This document shows, piece after piece, positions 29,745-40,464 of a stretch of DNA of 51,570 nucleotides; the first letter of the stretch is position 1; each line of letters opens with the position of its first letter. A program made the position numbers and the translations under genes. This stretch comes from Chrysochromulina tobinii (taxonomy: Eukaryota), in assembly GCA_001275005.1 (NCBI GenBank), contig JWZX01002769.1, forward strand, positions 1-51,570. The letters run 5' to 3'. The notes beneath the pieces were generated by a model. The model was not told where the DNA came from and did not search any database. It worked only from the letters and a program-made list of their open reading frames with translations.

Positions 29745-31735
29745 ATGGCGACGCCGGAGCTTCTGAAGGTCCCGGCGACGTTGTCCAATGTCGACCCCAA
29801 CATCAGCTGCTTGAGGTTCACCGTGTCCGAAATTCTGCCATGCGTTCCGCTGCCGCCTCGTGCCATGTGGCCTCCGTATGGCTTCGATGCCGAGCGCGAT
29901 TCTGAGCTGAGGGCAGCCGCAGCCCTAGAGGCACGCCTGGAACAGGATGCTGCCGAGGCGGTCATGCGCGCGGAGCGAGACGAAAAGCGACGGCAGAAGG
30001 AGGAGGAGGAGGCGGCTCGAGCAGCTGAGCTCTTGGCCGCGGCTCAAGCAGAGCTAGCGTCTCGGCAGCGTGAGATGCAGAAACCGAAGCTGTGGACGGC
30101 CGCGAATGCGGAGCCGTCGGTAGCACCCACGCCGATGGCCAATAAGGCACTGGCGGCGAAGGCCGTGACGCCCGAAAAGACAGGCAGCAACGGCAGCAAG
30201 GGAGGCAACAGCAGCAGTGGTGGTGGCGGCAGAAGTAGCCCACCACCGACCGGCGATGACAGCAGCTTTCATGACAGCAGCAGCAGTGGATCGGCGGCGG
30301 CGGCGAGCCCGACGTCGGCCATCTCGGCGTTTTTGGCGCATTTCGGCTGGACCGGCCGAGCGGCGAGCGGTAAGTCCGGCCGAGAGCAGGGCCGAGAGCA
30401 GGCGTTGGTGAACTCGCTCGAGGCGCTTCTGGCACGAGAGGAGGCGGAGGCGGCGGCGGAGCGTGGCGCACCCGAGGAGTATGATGCGCGCGTCGAGCAG
30501 GAGGAGCTCGCGTGGAGAGAGAGAGAGAGCAAGGCCGTCGCCAAGGCTGCCGAGCGCCGCCGCGCTGCCGAGAAGGCGGCGGCCGACAAGGCGGCGGCAG
30601 AGCGGGCAGAGAAGAACAGGATTCAGGCGGCGGCCGAGGCGGCGGTTAGGGTGAAGGCGGCGGAGGCGGAGGCGGCGAAGCGCAAGCTTGAGGAAGAAAC
30701 GGCCGCGGCCGCTACGGCCAAAATGTGGGCCGATAAAGCGGCCGCGGAAACGGAGGCAAAGGCGAAGGCGAAGGCTGAGGCGCTTGCGCTCGCACACGCG
30801 GCCGCAGCGAAGCAGAAGGAAGCGGATGCGAAGGCAGCGGCGGAGGCGGCAGAGCGGAGGGAGAAGCTGAAGGCCGAGGCGCTCGCCATGGCGCTGGCGG
30901 CGGCGGAGAAGAGGAAGGCGGAGGAGGAGAAGGCGGCGGCGGAGGCAGCCGAGAAGGCGCGTCTCGACCTCTGATGACCTCTGATGATCTCTGATGACCA
31001 CTGATGACCCATAATTGCCTCCCTCATCAGGCGCGTCTCGAAGCGGAACGCCTGGCGAAGGAGAAGGCTGAGGCCGATAGAGTCGCCGCTGAGAACGCGA
31101 AGAGAGCCGCCGAGAAGGCGGAGGCGGAGCGGAGGGAGGCCAACAGGCTGGCAGCGATCCGAGCCGAGGCGGAGCGAATCGCTGCCGAGGAGGCGGAGGC
31201 CAAGCGGGTCGAGCAGGCGCGACTGGCAGCCGAGGAGGCGGCGGCCGAGGCGGAGAGGCTCGCAGCAGAGGCAGCCGAAGCGGCCCGTCTGGAGGCCGAG
31301 AGGCTCGAGCAGGAGCGAATCAAGGCCGAGGCGGTTGCGGCCGAAGCGGCACGTCTGGAGGCCGAGAGGCGCGAGAAGGAGCGTCTCGCTGCCGAGAGGG
31401 CCGCGGCGATGGCGGCCAAGATCGAGGCAGCGGCGATGGCAGCACGGCTGAGGGCTGAGGCAGAGTCCTCTTTCGATTCTTCGGCCAAGGATGCCTCAGC
31501 GCCTAGCATGGCGTCCATCATGGCGCCTGGATGGGCGAGGGAGGTCGACCGTTGGAGTGACCGCACAGCCACCAGCAAGCGCGACTCCCTCGCAGGAAGC
31601 ATCTCGAGGCGAAGGATGGAGCGCTCGGCGAGGCGCGCTGGCGTGGGCACGGTGACCCCTTCGAGGACGCCCACGCCAAATAGTTCTGATCAGATGCGGG
31701 CTCGCGCAGATTCGGCAGATTCGGGGGAAACGTAG
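29745..31735 (+). CDS. Hypothetical Ala/Glu/Lys/Arg-rich coiled-coil protein; exons 29745-30956 and 31031-31735
   Basis: ORFs 29700-30974 and 31004-31735 join in frame (...[13 protein letters not shown]...). Confidence 0.7.
30957..31030 (+). other. Predicted 74-nt GC-AG intron of the exon-duplication type
   Basis: AAG|GCGCGTCTCGA (equals exon 31031-31041), then four CTGATGAY 10-mer units and CCTCCCTCATCAG; phase 0. Confidence 0.8.
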
Positions 31736-32098
31736 CGCGACTTAGATACCGCTCCCCTGGATGTGTTACTATAGAGGCGACCTCCCGCGCCACACCGGTC
31801 ACCGCCTTGTCACCGCCGCGCGCGCCGGTAGCGGTACCGAGGACCGAACCACACTCCACAGTGCACAGAGCGTCTGAGCCGCGCACAGACGCTGTTATCT
31901 GTGGTGTTGCTCAGAGATGACAATCGACATGCGATTAACATACGATGTCATGCCGCATTTCGTACGGTTCATGATCCATTCGTATCCTCGGCAGGTCAGA
32001 CCCTCAACTCTCAGAATGTCCCTGGCCCTCTTGCTACCTTCGACGTTTCTTTCATGTTTGTTCGTGTTCGAACGCAATCAACGCAATCAACGGTTCAC

Positions 32099-34714
32099 AT
32101 GAGGCGAGTCGTCCTTGGAGTCTCCTCTCGCAACGCCACTGCATCTCCACGAGGCCTCAGTAGAGCGTTCACCTCCGCTGAATGTCGGCGAGGGTTCAGT
32201 GGAACGCCTCTCAACTCGACCGAGTATCGCACGCAAGTACTGGAGTTGACACTTGGCATCATCAAGGCGGCTGGCCGTCCTTTTCGACGGCGTCAAGCAT
32301 TTCGAAGGGGCGAAGTGCTCAAAGATCTTGCAGATCTCGATTCCGACTTGCAACGAGCTACCATGCTTTTTGACAACGGCACACGCAGTGGGTTTGAGCT
32401 CCACGACCGGCAGACAGTCTCGATGCTTGCACGCGCATACTGTGTGCCGCATGCGGTGTGGGAACGTCGCGAGCTGCCTCGCGCATTGCAACTGTTTGAG
32501 ACGATGCTGCAGCAGCCCGCCGACGGAGTTCCGCTGAGCCACAGGTGGACATGCGAGGCAGTCAAGTGCGAGCTAGTGGCGCGTTACGGCGATGCAAACA
32601 GCGGAGTCGCACGAGCGTGCATCGAGCATCGGCAGCCACATGAGCAACGTGTCGACCTCAACACGGAGTCCGTGCTCGCCATCGCCGACAGCGCGGTGCA
32701 GGCGGCGGACGCCCCGTCGCACCTCGAGCGCGCCGTGCAGCTCTACTTGTACGTCGCGCACGCGGCTGTCCGCAGTGGCCAGGCCTTGGAGCACGGCGAT
32801 CTCGACGAGCAGCTCGGGGTTTATCTCGCGGCGCTCACGCGTCTCTTTGGTGCGTGCTCGGCCGCGCGGCAGCTGCCGCAGCACACGATGCTCCTGCTAC
32901 CGGCGCTTGTTGGCTCCACCGGCGCCGCGCCGGGCACTTCGAGTCTCGACGCCGTCGCGCACCGCGCCCAGGACGGCGCCGCCTCGAGCAGCGCTGCCGT
33001 GGGCGGCCTTGTGGACGCCGTCCTGGGCGCTACGGTCGACGAGCGCACCCGCCTAGTCCAGCGGCGACGCAGCGCGCTCAATGCTCTGATCCACGCGTGT
33101 GGCCGAGCCGGTGAGGTGGAGTCTGATTGCGTCTGATTGCATGCAAGTGCTCACCACGGCGCCATCCCATCTCCCCACAGGTGAGGTGGAGTCTGATTGC
33201 GTCTGATTGCATGCCAGTGCTCACCACGGCACCCTCTCCTCCCCACAGGTGAGGTGGAGGCGGCGTGGCATGCCCATCGGGCGGGGGTCACCGCGGGGCT
33301 ACCGGTCGATAAGTATACCGTGACGGCGCTGGTGGCGGCTACCGGTCGCACTCGGGACCGTGCGCGGATTCTGGCGGCGCTGGCAGTGGGGATAGACGCT
33401 CAGCTCCCGGTGCGCACCGATCCGTTTGTGATGACATCTGTACTCAAAGCCCTCATGCTTGCAGGGGAGCATGAGGCGGCGATCGATACGTATGAGCGCG
33501 CTCTCGTGGAGGGCATGCGCCCCACCCCGGCCGTGACGAATGCTCTCAGCCTCGTCTATGCCGGTGCGGGCGACATCGAGCGCGCGACGGCTCTCTTTGA
33601 GACAGCGCGCGAGCGCGGCGCGGCGGGCGGCGCGGCGAGCGGCGCCCAAGACAACGCGAGCGGTGCCCAAGACAACGCGAGCGGCGCCGAGGGTCCCGAT
33701 GGCGTTGCCTTGGGCGAGGCTGCGGATAGCGCCTTGTCGAGCACCGATCCGTCGCGCGGGCGCGACGCGGACACCGCCGTGTGCACGCTGCTCCACGCGT
33801 GCGTGCGCGCGGGCGCGCCCTCGCGAGCACTCGCCACGTACGAGATTCTCGCAGCGAGCGGTTACGTGCCCTCGGGGAGTAGTCCACATGCCGTGCTGCT
33901 GGCCGCGGCCGCGGATGCTGCCGCGGCAGACGGTGCGGCGCACTACGCCGAGGAGCGCCGCAGCGCGACCCTGTCGCTCCATCGCCTCTTTGACGAAGCG
34001 ATCGCATCCGGCGTGCCCGCCGACTCTCGACTTCTGAGCGCTCTCGTGGGCGCCTTTGCGCGCATCGGCGACATCCCGGCAGCGCTGCGGGCGGCACGGC
34101 GCGCCGATGAGCTCGGCGTGCGGCCCGACCTGCAGCTGTTGCGAGCGGTACTGCAGGCCTACCTGCGCGCGCCGTCGGCACAGCGCGATGCGCTGGACTG
34201 GGTTACCTGCGCGGCCGCAGCGCACAGCATCAGCTTGCGTGACGTGGTCGACCTCTTGGTACGTGCGTACCTTGGCAGCGCGACGCCCCGCACCTCCGCG
34301 AGCCCCCCGCAACGATCTCCCCTCGATCTCCCCTCATCGCCCCGGACCTCCGCGAGCCCCCCGAGCACGCCGCCCCCCGTCAGCCATCAGCCGTCGCCAA
34401 CGCACCTCGATGCTGCCCTTGAGCTCTTCGAGCGTTCACGGCGGCATGAGTGGCCACTGGCCGAGCAAACGTACCGGTCACTCCTCAGTGCTTGCTCGCG
34501 GCTCAACAGGCTTCCCGAGGCGATCGTGCTGCTAGAGCACATGGAGAACAAGGGGCACGCTCCCGGCCTCGCGGCACTCGACGACGTCATGCTCGCCAGC
34601 CATCGCGCAGGCGACATCGACGACCAGACTTTGGCACTCTGGTTGGCCGGCTCGGCCGAGGAAACTCAGCTCCTTCCCGAGGACCGCCGCGGTCGCTCTC
34701 ACAGTCGCAGCTAG
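32099..34714 (+). CDS. Pentatricopeptide-repeat (PPR) protein, probably organelle-targeted; exons 32099-33110 and 33249-34714
   Basis: PPR-like units ALNALIHACGRAGEVEAA, VTNALSLVYAGAGDIERATALFE and TYRSLLSACSRLNRLPEAIVLLEHM; Arg/Ser-rich N-terminus. Confidence 0.82.
33111..33248 (+). other. Two abutting near-identical GT-AG intron units (33111-33180, 70 nt; 33181-33248, 68 nt) with no exon between them
   Basis: GTGAGGTGGAG at 33111, 33181 and 33249; each unit has (GTCTGATTGC)2, ATGCMAGTGCTCACCACGGC and CTCCCCACAG; removing all 138 nt restores the frame. Confidence 0.85.
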
Positions 34715-34955
34715 CGAAAGTCGCTGCCAGGGCTTCGCTGGATCGTCCTTGGACGGATGCAGTGACGCACCGCACAGTCCACGTTCGGGTCGGACCTATG
34801 ATGTACGTGCGTGCGTGCGGTCCGGCGTGCATGGGCCATGGCGCGCTCTCGCACTCGCTCCGTAACGCGACGCGTAAGCCCTGCCGGGCTGGGCATCCGC
34901 ACATGTAGATGTTAAATAGGAAGAATGCATTCGGTTTTACGTTGCTCAAGAACAT

Positions 34956-35774
34956 CTACCCTTTTCGTGCCACACCAGAGTGAACTTTACCCTGCTCATC
35001 CGGCCACGTGCTCGCCTTGCGCCGGAGCGCCTCCACGTCCTTCTTGGCCACCTCCTGCAACCCACCCGGGGTCAAGTCTCCGAGCTCAAAGGGACCAAAC
35101 GCCACTCGGATCAAGGCCAGCGTACTGAAGCCAAAATGGCTCCACACTCGCCTGATCTCGCGATTCTTGCCCTCGGTGAGCGTCATGCGCAGCCATCGCC
35201 TCCCTCTGGCAGCACTACCATCGCCGTGCACGGGCTCGACTTGCATCGGCCTCAGCTTGGTTCCGTCGGCGAGAGTGAGGCCTGCACTGAGCTCGGCCAG
35301 CATGTCTGTGCTCACGTGCCGCTCGCCGGTTTGGATGAGGCAGTTGTACGCTCTCTCGATGGACGACGAAGGCAGCTCGAGCGAGCGCGCCAGAGAGCCG
35401 AGCGTCGTTAGGAGCAAAAGGCCTTCAGATTCTGCATCGAGTCGACCGACCGAGATGACGCGCGGCAAGTGTCGAGGCAGCTGACCGAACACAGTGGGCC
35501 TCCCATGCGGGTCACTGTGCGTGGTCACGAGCCCTCGAGGTTTGTGGTATCGCCACAGGCGCACGCCGCCCTCTATTTCCTCAATCGCCGGTCCAATCTC
35601 AATGCCGTCCAATGTGATCTGATGGGCCTCTCTCTCAACGCGCAGCGCTGGCGTGCGGCACACCGCCCCATCCACAGCCACGCGACCACTCAAAACAGCG
35701 TGCTCGGCGAGCCTGCGTGAGAGCGCCGACGAGGCGGCGATGACGCGAACGATTGGCTTTCCGAGACGCGGCAT
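34956..35774 (-). CDS. RsuA/RluB-family rRNA pseudouridine synthase (S4 domain plus catalytic domain)
   Basis: SRRLAE...GRVAVDG (S4), YHKPRGLVTT, catalytic VGRLDAESEGLLLLT, LTEGKNREIRR. Confidence 0.9.
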   Translation of the reverse strand: MPRLGKPIVRVIAASSALSRRLAEHAVLSGRVAVDGAVCRTPALRVEREAHQITLDGIEIGPAIEEIEGGVRLWRYHKPRGLVTTHSDPHGRPTVFGQLPRHLPRVISVGRLDAESEGLLLLTTLGSLARSLELPSSSIERAYNCLIQTGERHVSTDMLAELSAGLTLADGTKLRPMQVEPVHGDGSAARGRRWLRMTLTEGKNREIRRVWSHFGFSTLALIRVAFGPFELGDLTPGGLQEVAKKDVEALRRKASTWPDEQGKVHSGVARKG

Positions 35775-35795
35775 TTCGGGCGCCTCGTGCCACAA

Positions 35796-35817
35796 AGTCA
35801 AGTCAAGTCAAGTCAAG
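35796..35817. repeat. (TCAAG)4 array just upstream of the pseudouridine synthase
   Basis: agtcaagtcaagtcaagtcaag read directly. Confidence 0.9.
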
Positions 35818-36013
35818 GCGCCCCCGACACTCATTTTGTGGACTGGCATGTATGTTTTACAGACGAGACGCAGTGAAAATACACACGAGAAAAGACTGCC
35901 AGAGCGGAGAGCGCAACTGGTACCGGTACTTGAATGCGTTGGGACTTTTGGGAGCGACCACCAGGTGCCTCTCCGATCGTCTATCCAGAGGCAGCATACT
36001 ACATACGTCAGCC

Positions 36014-36546
36014 TCACGCGGCGACCAGGGTGTTGAGAGCAGCGACCACATCGCCTTTGTGCTCACGCAGTGTCCTCTCTGCCACGTCCTTATCGAGCTC
36101 CATCTCCGTCGCAATCATGACCACGTCGGCCTGCAATGGGAGGGCACGCTCACAGTCATATCCTTGTTCGCGGCGCGAGCGCGCCCGTGTATCAGGTCGC
36201 GAGTGCGGTGTGCAGGCGTGTGCCGGAGAGGGTGAGCGCGCCGAACCTGGTCAATGACCACTGCAGCCAACTCGCGCTCGCGCTCGCGCTCCGCCGCCCG
36301 ATCCACCTCGTCTGCTGCAGTGATACTCGCGAGGGCCTTAGAGGCCTTCGCGGAGTCCAGCTCTTTCTGCTCCACAAAGTCTGTCACCTTGGAGACGTCC
36401 GCACCATCTCTCTTGTTGCCCTGCTCCACTTCCTCCTCGTCATCGTCCGCCTCGCCATCGACCATGGCGTCCGCCGCCGGCCCTGCTGCTGCACCCGCCG
36501 CCGGCTCGGCTTTCGGCGAATCACCTCCCTTCTTTTTGGGCGCCAT
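36014..36546 (-). CDS. HYPK: Huntingtin-interacting protein K homolog; exons 36546-36247 and 36130-36014
   Basis: KVTDFVEQKEL, ERERELAAVVIDQ|ADVVMIATEMELDKDVAERTLREHKGDVVAAL (UBA-like C-terminus); 116-nt GT-AG intron at 36246-36131. Confidence 0.88.
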
Positions 36547-37181
36547 GCAGTGGAGTGGCCCGCGCGATGCTCCCGCGCGACAGACACGTCTTCTATCGAC
36601 CTCACGTCAAGGCACGTCAAGTCCTCATTGGTTATGTTTCAGATTCATGAACACTTCTGACTTTTTTTTCGCGGCATAATGCGCCCGGCGCAATACAACT
36701 GTGATGCGTCCGGCGCTGATCACTCTTCCGAAGGCTCGCGGATGTGCCCCTTTAGTTTCTTACGCTCCCCCTCCGCACGGACTACGCGCGCGGCGGAAGG
36801 CGGAACGAGCAGCCGCTAGATTTTATTCGACGAAATCAATGTACATTGCACCGTATATGTATATACGTGAATGGTACCTACATTGTATCCGGGTCCACCG
36901 ACGACGCGAACCACCTGGCGCAGCGCGCGCGCGCACCTCTCGCGTGTCACAACACACGTCGGCCGTGGTCGGCCACGAGGAAGAGGTCAATCCCGTGTGT
37001 TGTGACATGCGATTGACCTCTTCCTCGTGCAGTGAGTGCTCGAGGAGGGCATGGCTCTTGGGAGCACATGCTTTGGAGACGCTACCGGAGACGCTGCCGA
37101 ACAGTTGGACACAGGGCACCAGCCCCGGGCTCGGTGGACTCAGTGGACTCAGCTCGGCTGAGCGGGACAGGCTGCTGAGGC

Positions 37182-38009
37182 TCAGCCGCATGCGAATAAG
37201 GTGGAGAGGATGTTGGCCGCGTCCACCTTCTTCTTACGCGAATGCTCAGCCTCGAACTGCGCCGCGGCAACAGAGGCGGAGGCGGCGGCGATGGAGGCGG
37301 CGGCAATGGAAGCGGCGTGCGCGGCGGCGAGCCTCTGCCTCTGCTCAGCCTCGAACTGCGCCGCGGCGGCAGCGGCGGAGGCGGCGGCGACGGAAGCGGC
37401 AGCGACTGAGGCAGCATGCGCAGCGGCGTGCGCCGGGTCGAAGAGTGCCAAGCTCTCCCGCGCGGTAGCGTTCGGCGCCCCCCCACATGGAACCGCATGC
37501 GATACCGCTGGCGGGGCCGCCTCAAGAGGCGGCGGCGGCGGCGGTGCTAGCGCTGCGAAGGCGTGCTTGGCTTGCTCCACCGCCCGGCGCGCCTCCGCCT
37601 CATGGTACATCCGCCTCCTCGTGCGCTCCAGGTCCCGATGCGCCTCCGCCAGCTCCTCGCGGATCAAATGGAGCTCGATCTCGGAACTCATGAAGTTGTC
37701 GTCCACGAGCGCCGTGGGCTGGGCTGACAGCAGCATCGGCTCCACGCCGGGGGTCGTCGGCGCGGTTGGTTTGGCGCTAATGACGGCAGCTGCAGAGATC
37801 ATCGAAAGAGCGGTGACGGGCGCGGGTGCGGCCGTTGTGGCGGCTACTATGCGCGGCATCGCCCGTGCGCACACCACCTTGCCCGCCTTGGCCTTCTTAT
37901 CAATGGGTCGGTGGAGGTGGGAGGATTGATGACTCTTGGTATCCGGAGACAGTGATGTGGTGCGTGTCCGAGTCGTTACGTCGGAGTCAGAGTCCGACGA
38001 TGTCGACAT
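37182..38009 (-). CDS. Hypothetical low-complexity protein with a short coiled coil and internal repeat
   Basis: ATG at 38009; ELHLIREELAEAHRDLERTRR coiled coil; duplicated AAHAASxAAAS...AQFEAE; ends KKKVDAANILSTLFACG. Confidence 0.55.
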   Translation of the reverse strand: MSTSSDSDSDVTTRTRTTSLSPDTKSHQSSHLHRPIDKKAKAGKVVCARAMPRIVAATTAAPAPVTALSMISAAAVISAKPTAPTTPGVEPMLLSAQPTALVDDNFMSSEIELHLIREELAEAHRDLERTRRRMYHEAEARRAVEQAKHAFAALAPPPPPPLEAAPPAVSHAVPCGGAPNATARESLALFDPAHAAAHAASVAAASVAAASAAAAAAQFEAEQRQRLAAAHAASIAAASIAAASASVAAAQFEAEHSRKKKVDAANILSTLFACG

Positions 38010-38220
38010 CTTCTCCAGAGTGACCTGAGCGAAGCGAGCGCGCGCGCGCACGGTGGCTATTCTCGTGGGGGGCCAGGGCGCGCTCCTGTAGCGCGCGTCT
38101 CAAAATAACCTCGGCTTCTTTTCTAAGTTTGTCCGCAAGTTTCAACTTCCACGCACTTGGAGTACATGTATCATCTGCGTCAGTCTGCTGTTTATGCCCC
38201 TTCTTTAGTTGCTTCCGAGG

Positions 38221-38359
38221 TACCGGTATTGTGTGTTGTTGGAACTGGGTTTGGATGGATGTGAGGTTCGTCTGTGTGGTCTGTGTGCCTTTGTGCGTCC
38301 GCGTGTCCCGTGTGTCCCGTGTGTGTCCCGGCTCCCCCCGGTGTCTTTTTACCGGTATT
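38221..38359 (+). mobile_element. SINE-like element (~119 bp) with the 10-bp target-site duplication TACCGGTATT
   Basis: TACCGGTATT at 38221-38230 and 38350-38359; the body aligns by eye with the reverse complement of 49445-49556. Confidence 0.8.
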
Positions 38360-38380
38360 CATACTTTTGTCGTGGAGGGG

Positions 38381-38860
38381 ATGAGGCTCCTCTACTTGCT
38401 GCTCATCATCAGCGTCGACCAAATTGTTTCTCATCAGCGTCGACGCTCGCAGCATCGCATTCGCGAAGAGCGCGGCTCGAAGATAGCCTTTGGAGTCTTC
38501 ATGGGATGCGGGGCGTACTTTGGCTCTGGACAGCTTTACACGACGTGGCAGCCAGGAGGCATGGCGTATCGTCCGATTCGTCGCCAACTGCTGTCTCCTA
38601 ATCAAAGAGCTGCAGCATCGTTTGCCGGCGCAGCATTCGGGATCACCGCGGCTCGGCAGCTGCTTGCGTCGCATGGAAACGGCGAACGGTTTGCCTTGTG
38701 GGTCGGACGAGGGCCTGTGGCCCTGCAAGATTTGGTCGATGATGCGCTTCTCCGGCTGAAGGCGAAGCGTCTGGAGCTTGAGCGTCAACGGCGCGAAGCC
38801 GAGCGAAAGGCGTGGCTACGCGAAAACACGCGCAGGGCTACGATCGTTCGGCCGCAATGA
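38381..38860 (+). CDS. Small hypothetical protein with a signal-like N-terminus and possible TM segments
   Basis: ATG at 38381, MRLLYLLLIISV; C-terminal charged helix; no recognised family. Confidence 0.45.
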   Translation: MRLLYLLLIISVDQIVSHQRRRSQHRIREERGSKIAFGVFMGCGAYFGSGQLYTTWQPGGMAYRPIRRQLLSPNQRAAASFAGAAFGITAARQLLASHGNGERFALWVGRGPVALQDLVDDALLRLKAKRLELERQRREAERKAWLRENTRRATIVRPQ

Positions 38861-39268
38861 GAACGTAGGGTAGGTACACTCGGAGGGATTAACGACCCGA
38901 CCACCACCGCGATCACGACACGCGGGGGAGGCAGGCGGGAGAGCTTCACTTGCCGGCGCGCAGGGATAGTTGTGTACATGTAGACTCTGGCCTGGCCCGG
39001 GGCGCGACGCCGAGCGAAACGCGTGGCTACGCGAAAACACGCGCAGGGGCGCTGCGCGTCGCGGCTCTGAAGTCTGAACGTGATCGTTCGCCCGCGCCAT
39101 GCAACTTTAACGCGAACGTGCGTACAACAGGAACAGCGTAACTTCTCACGTATGAGGTCTATGCCACCCGGGCCGCACCCGAACGTCGTATAGTGTCCTA
39201 TGGTTCCTCGGCGTATGCGGGCTAGTCTTGAGTCTACCCTCTCTACAAGTGTTTAGCCCATCAACCCA

Positions 39269-40204
39269 TCAATGGGGTTCAAGCGGGGCCGAAGCCCGAG
39301 CAGGCGCGCGATGAGACTCATGAAGCTCCGGGTGAGACTCCAGATCCAGCTCACCCGCTGGCGCTGCGACTGCGGCTGGTGGTGGCGGCGGCTCGCCGTC
39401 TTCGTGCGCTCCCGCAAACCACTGCAGGGCTTGGTTGGTCGCCTCCTCCGCGTCGCGCAGAATGTGCCCTTCCCAGCCAGCGCTCCGCAGCACGACGCTC
39501 GCGAGCCGATCGGCCGGCACGCCGCGCTCGCGCAGCCGGCCTATAAAGCCCTCGGCGCATGCCCGCGGCACGTGGGTGTCGCTCTCGGCGAGGATGAAGA
39601 GGATTCTCGTCGGGTGCTCCACGTAACTGCTCAGGCGGTTGCACGGCGCATGGAGCTGGTAGAGCTCGTCGCCGGCCGCACTCTCTCCCAGCACGTTGGC
39701 TGTCGAGCCGGGACGCAGCCAGTCGGGCGTCGACCGCTCGCACACAATGGCCCGCAGGCGGCGCTCGCTCACGATGCTCGCGAGGAAAATGTCGCCGCCC
39801 ATGGACGAGCCGTACGCATAGATCGGCAGCACTCGGCCTGCCGTCCCAAACGTGAGCAGCGCAAAGTCAACGAGCCGCGGGACCGTGGCCGCCGTGCGAT
39901 GGATGACAGGCCAAAAGTGTTGCTTCTGCGATAGGGCCCAGCCCGCGCGGTTTGACAGCTCGGACGAACAATCGCGCCGCTCGCCCTCGTTGTAGTGGTC
40001 GGCCAAGACACAAGCGTACCCGTGCTCCTCAAAGATCTGCGTGCGCTTCGAGGCGGCAAGTTTCTCCTTTGTCGACCCGAGGCCAGCCAGGAAGAGGACG
40101 ACTCCAGTGCGAGCAGGCAGCTCCATCGGCGCACTGTGAAGCACGGGTCCCGCGCCATCGACGACGGCGCGTGCGTACGAGCGCTCGCCAATCGTGAACA
40201 TCAT
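39269..40204 (-). CDS. Alpha/beta-fold hydrolase (esterase-like)
   Basis: LFLAGLG oxyanion region, YGSSMGG nucleophile elbow, AESDTHVP (Asp), EGHI (His). Confidence 0.8.
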   Translation of the reverse strand: MMFTIGERSYARAVVDGAGPVLHSAPMELPARTGVVLFLAGLGSTKEKLAASKRTQIFEEHGYACVLADHYNEGERRDCSSELSNRAGWALSQKQHFWPVIHRTAATVPRLVDFALLTFGTAGRVLPIYAYGSSMGGDIFLASIVSERRLRAIVCERSTPDWLRPGSTANVLGESAAGDELYQLHAPCNRLSSYVEHPTRILFILAESDTHVPRACAEGFIGRLRERGVPADRLASVVLRSAGWEGHILRDAEEATNQALQWFAGAHEDGEPPPPPAAVAAPAGELDLESHPELHESHRAPARASAPLEPH

Positions 40205-40406
40205 GAAAGTCTCGGAGTCGAGTCAAGGGTGTGGCCGTGGGGCATGCGGACAGAGGTTTTCGGCGCGTGTGAGCCACAATATGACAACAAGGGATTCTAA
40301 AGACGCACACGTTCCGCCTCCGCTTAACCTGTTCGTGTGTGAAAAACAGTGTCTGTCGCACTTTGCTCTGGTCGACTTCTAAACGGCCCAGGGCCGCGAC
40401 GCCTCT

Positions 40407-40456
40407 AGTAGCGAGGCGCGGGCGGGTCGTTCAGTAGCGAGGCGCGGGCGGGTCGT
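40407..40456 (+). repeat. 24-bp direct repeat (26-bp period) immediately upstream of the KAP3 ATG
   Basis: agtagcgaggcgcgggcgggtcgt at 40407 and 40433. Confidence 0.85.
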
Positions 40457-40464
40457 GTGCGACC

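Noticed and set aside
33111..33259. Repeat-spacer-repeat pattern resembling a mini CRISPR array
   Set aside because: The apparent spacers are near-identical, there are no cas genes, the context is eukaryotic, and the units have splice signals.
36823..37191. Minus-strand 122-aa ORF as an extra exon or gene
   Set aside because: No motif and no convincing splice sites linking it; probably 3' UTR.
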